NCBI RefSeq assembly: GCF_006345805.1
Contig: NC_043022.1
Location: 24,366,001-24,430,000 of the forward strand
DNA length: 64,000 nucleotides
From: Octopus sinensis
Taxonomy: Eukaryota
Direction: 5' to 3'
The position numbers were made by a program, and so were the translations under genes. Below are positions 62,553 through 64,000 of this stretch, in pieces; position 1 is the first letter of the stretch; each line of letters opens with the position of its first letter. The notes below the pieces were generated by a model that was not told where the DNA came from, ran no database searches, and saw only the letters and a program-made list of their open reading frames with translations.

Positions 62553-64000
62553 CACATAAAGGACACCCAGTACATTCTGTAGAATGGTTGTTGTTAGGAA
62601 GGGCATCCAGCTGTAGAAACCAAGCCAAAATAGACACGTGGAACCTGGTGCAGCTCTCTGGCTTACTAGCTCCAGTCAAACCATCCAATCCATGCCACAC
62701 ATAAAAGACACCCAGTACATTCAGTAGAATGGTTGTTGTTAGGAAGGGCATCCAGCTGTAGAAACCAAGCCAAAAAGACACGTGAACCTGGTGCAGCTCC
62801 TGCTTACTAGCTGTCCAGTCAAACCATCCAATCCATGCCACACATAAAAGACACCCAGTAATTCAGTAGAATGGTTGTTGTTAGGAAGGCATCCAGCTGT
62901 AGAAACCAAGCCAAAATAGACACGTGGAACCTGGTGCAGCTCTCTGGCTTACTAGCTCCAGTCAAACCATCCAATCCATGCCACACAAAAAGAAGACCCC
63001 AGTACATTCAGTAGAATGGTTGTTGTTAGGAAGGGCATCCAGCTGTAGAAACCAAGCCAAAATAGACACGTGGAACCTGGTGCAGCTCTCTGGCTTACTA
63101 GCTCCAGTCAAACCATCCAATCCATGCCACACATAAAAGACACCCAGTACATTCAGTAGAATGGTTGGTGTTAGGAAGGGCATCCAGCTGTAGAAACCAA
63201 GCCAAAATAGACACGTGGAACCTGGTGCAGCTCTCTGGCTTACTAGCTCCAGTCAAACCATCCAATCCATGCCACACATAAAAGACACCCAGTACATTCA
63301 GTAGAATGGTTGTTGTTAGGAAGGGCATCCAGCTGTAGAAACCAAGCCAAAATAGACACGTGGAACCTGGTGCAGCTCTCTGGCTTACTTGCTCCATCAA
63401 ACCATCCAATCCATTGCCACACATAAAAGACACCCAGTACATTCAGTAGAATGGTTGGTGTTAGGAAGGGCATCCAGCTGTAGAAACCAAGCCAAAATAG
63501 ACACGTGAACCTGGTGCAGCTCTCTGGCTTACTAGCTCCAGTCAAACCATCCAATCCATGCCACACCAAAAGACACCCCGTACAGTTCAGTAGAATGGTT
63601 TGTGTTTAGGAAGGGCATCCAGCTGTAGAAACCAAGCCAAAATAGACACGTGGAACCTGGTGCAGCTCTCTGGCTTACTAGCTCCAGTCAACCACCATCC
63701 AATAGCCACACATAAAAGACACCCAGTACATTCAGTAGAATGGTTGTTGTTAGGAAGGGCATCCAGCTGTAGAAACCAAGCCAAAATAGACACGTGGAAC
63801 CTGGTGCAGCTCTCTGGCTTACTAGCTCCAGTCAAACCATCCAATCCATGCCACACATAAAAGACACCCAGTACATTCAGTAGAATGGTTGGTGTTAGGA
63901 AGGGCATCCAGCTGTAGAAACCAAGCCAAAATAGACACGTGGAACCTGGTGCAGCTCTCTGGCTTACTAGCTCCAGTCAAACCATCCATCCATGCCACAC
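62553..64000 (+). repeat. Tandem array of a 145-bp unit derived from the family C interior, 10 copies, runs off the window
   Basis: GTAGAAACC anchors at 62613, 62758, 62899, 63045, 63190, 63335, 63480, 63625, 63769 and 63914. Confidence 0.96.

Overview
AT-rich, repeat-dense animal genomic DNA. It is most likely an octopus or other coleoid cephalopod intron or intergenic region, inferred from the SINE families and the very high (TA)/(CA)/(GATA)/(TACA) microsatellite load. No complete protein-coding gene can be supported: essentially all supplied ORFs are translations of microsatellites, SINEs or tandem arrays. The window holds dozens of copies of about six tRNA-headed SINE families (labelled A, B, D, F, G here) and an RTE-derived element with a (GAT)n tail (C). 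It also holds CR1 and RTE LINE fragments, hAT, mariner, piggyBac-like and GGATC-TIR MITEs, and young tandem arrays (270 bp x4, 22 bp x~30, 145 bp x10, ~733 bp x2). The most notable non-obvious signal is a set of minimal type I hammerhead ribozyme motifs, Penelope-like-element type, in short elements sitting in (TA)n/(GTAT)n tracts: one intact core at 56948-56982 and three or four variant or decayed copies showing stem covariation. Other highlights are SINE-A multimers that transposed as units, a candidate decayed multi-exon gene at 17.5-18.1 kb, and closely spaced inverted repeat pairs that could form dsRNA.
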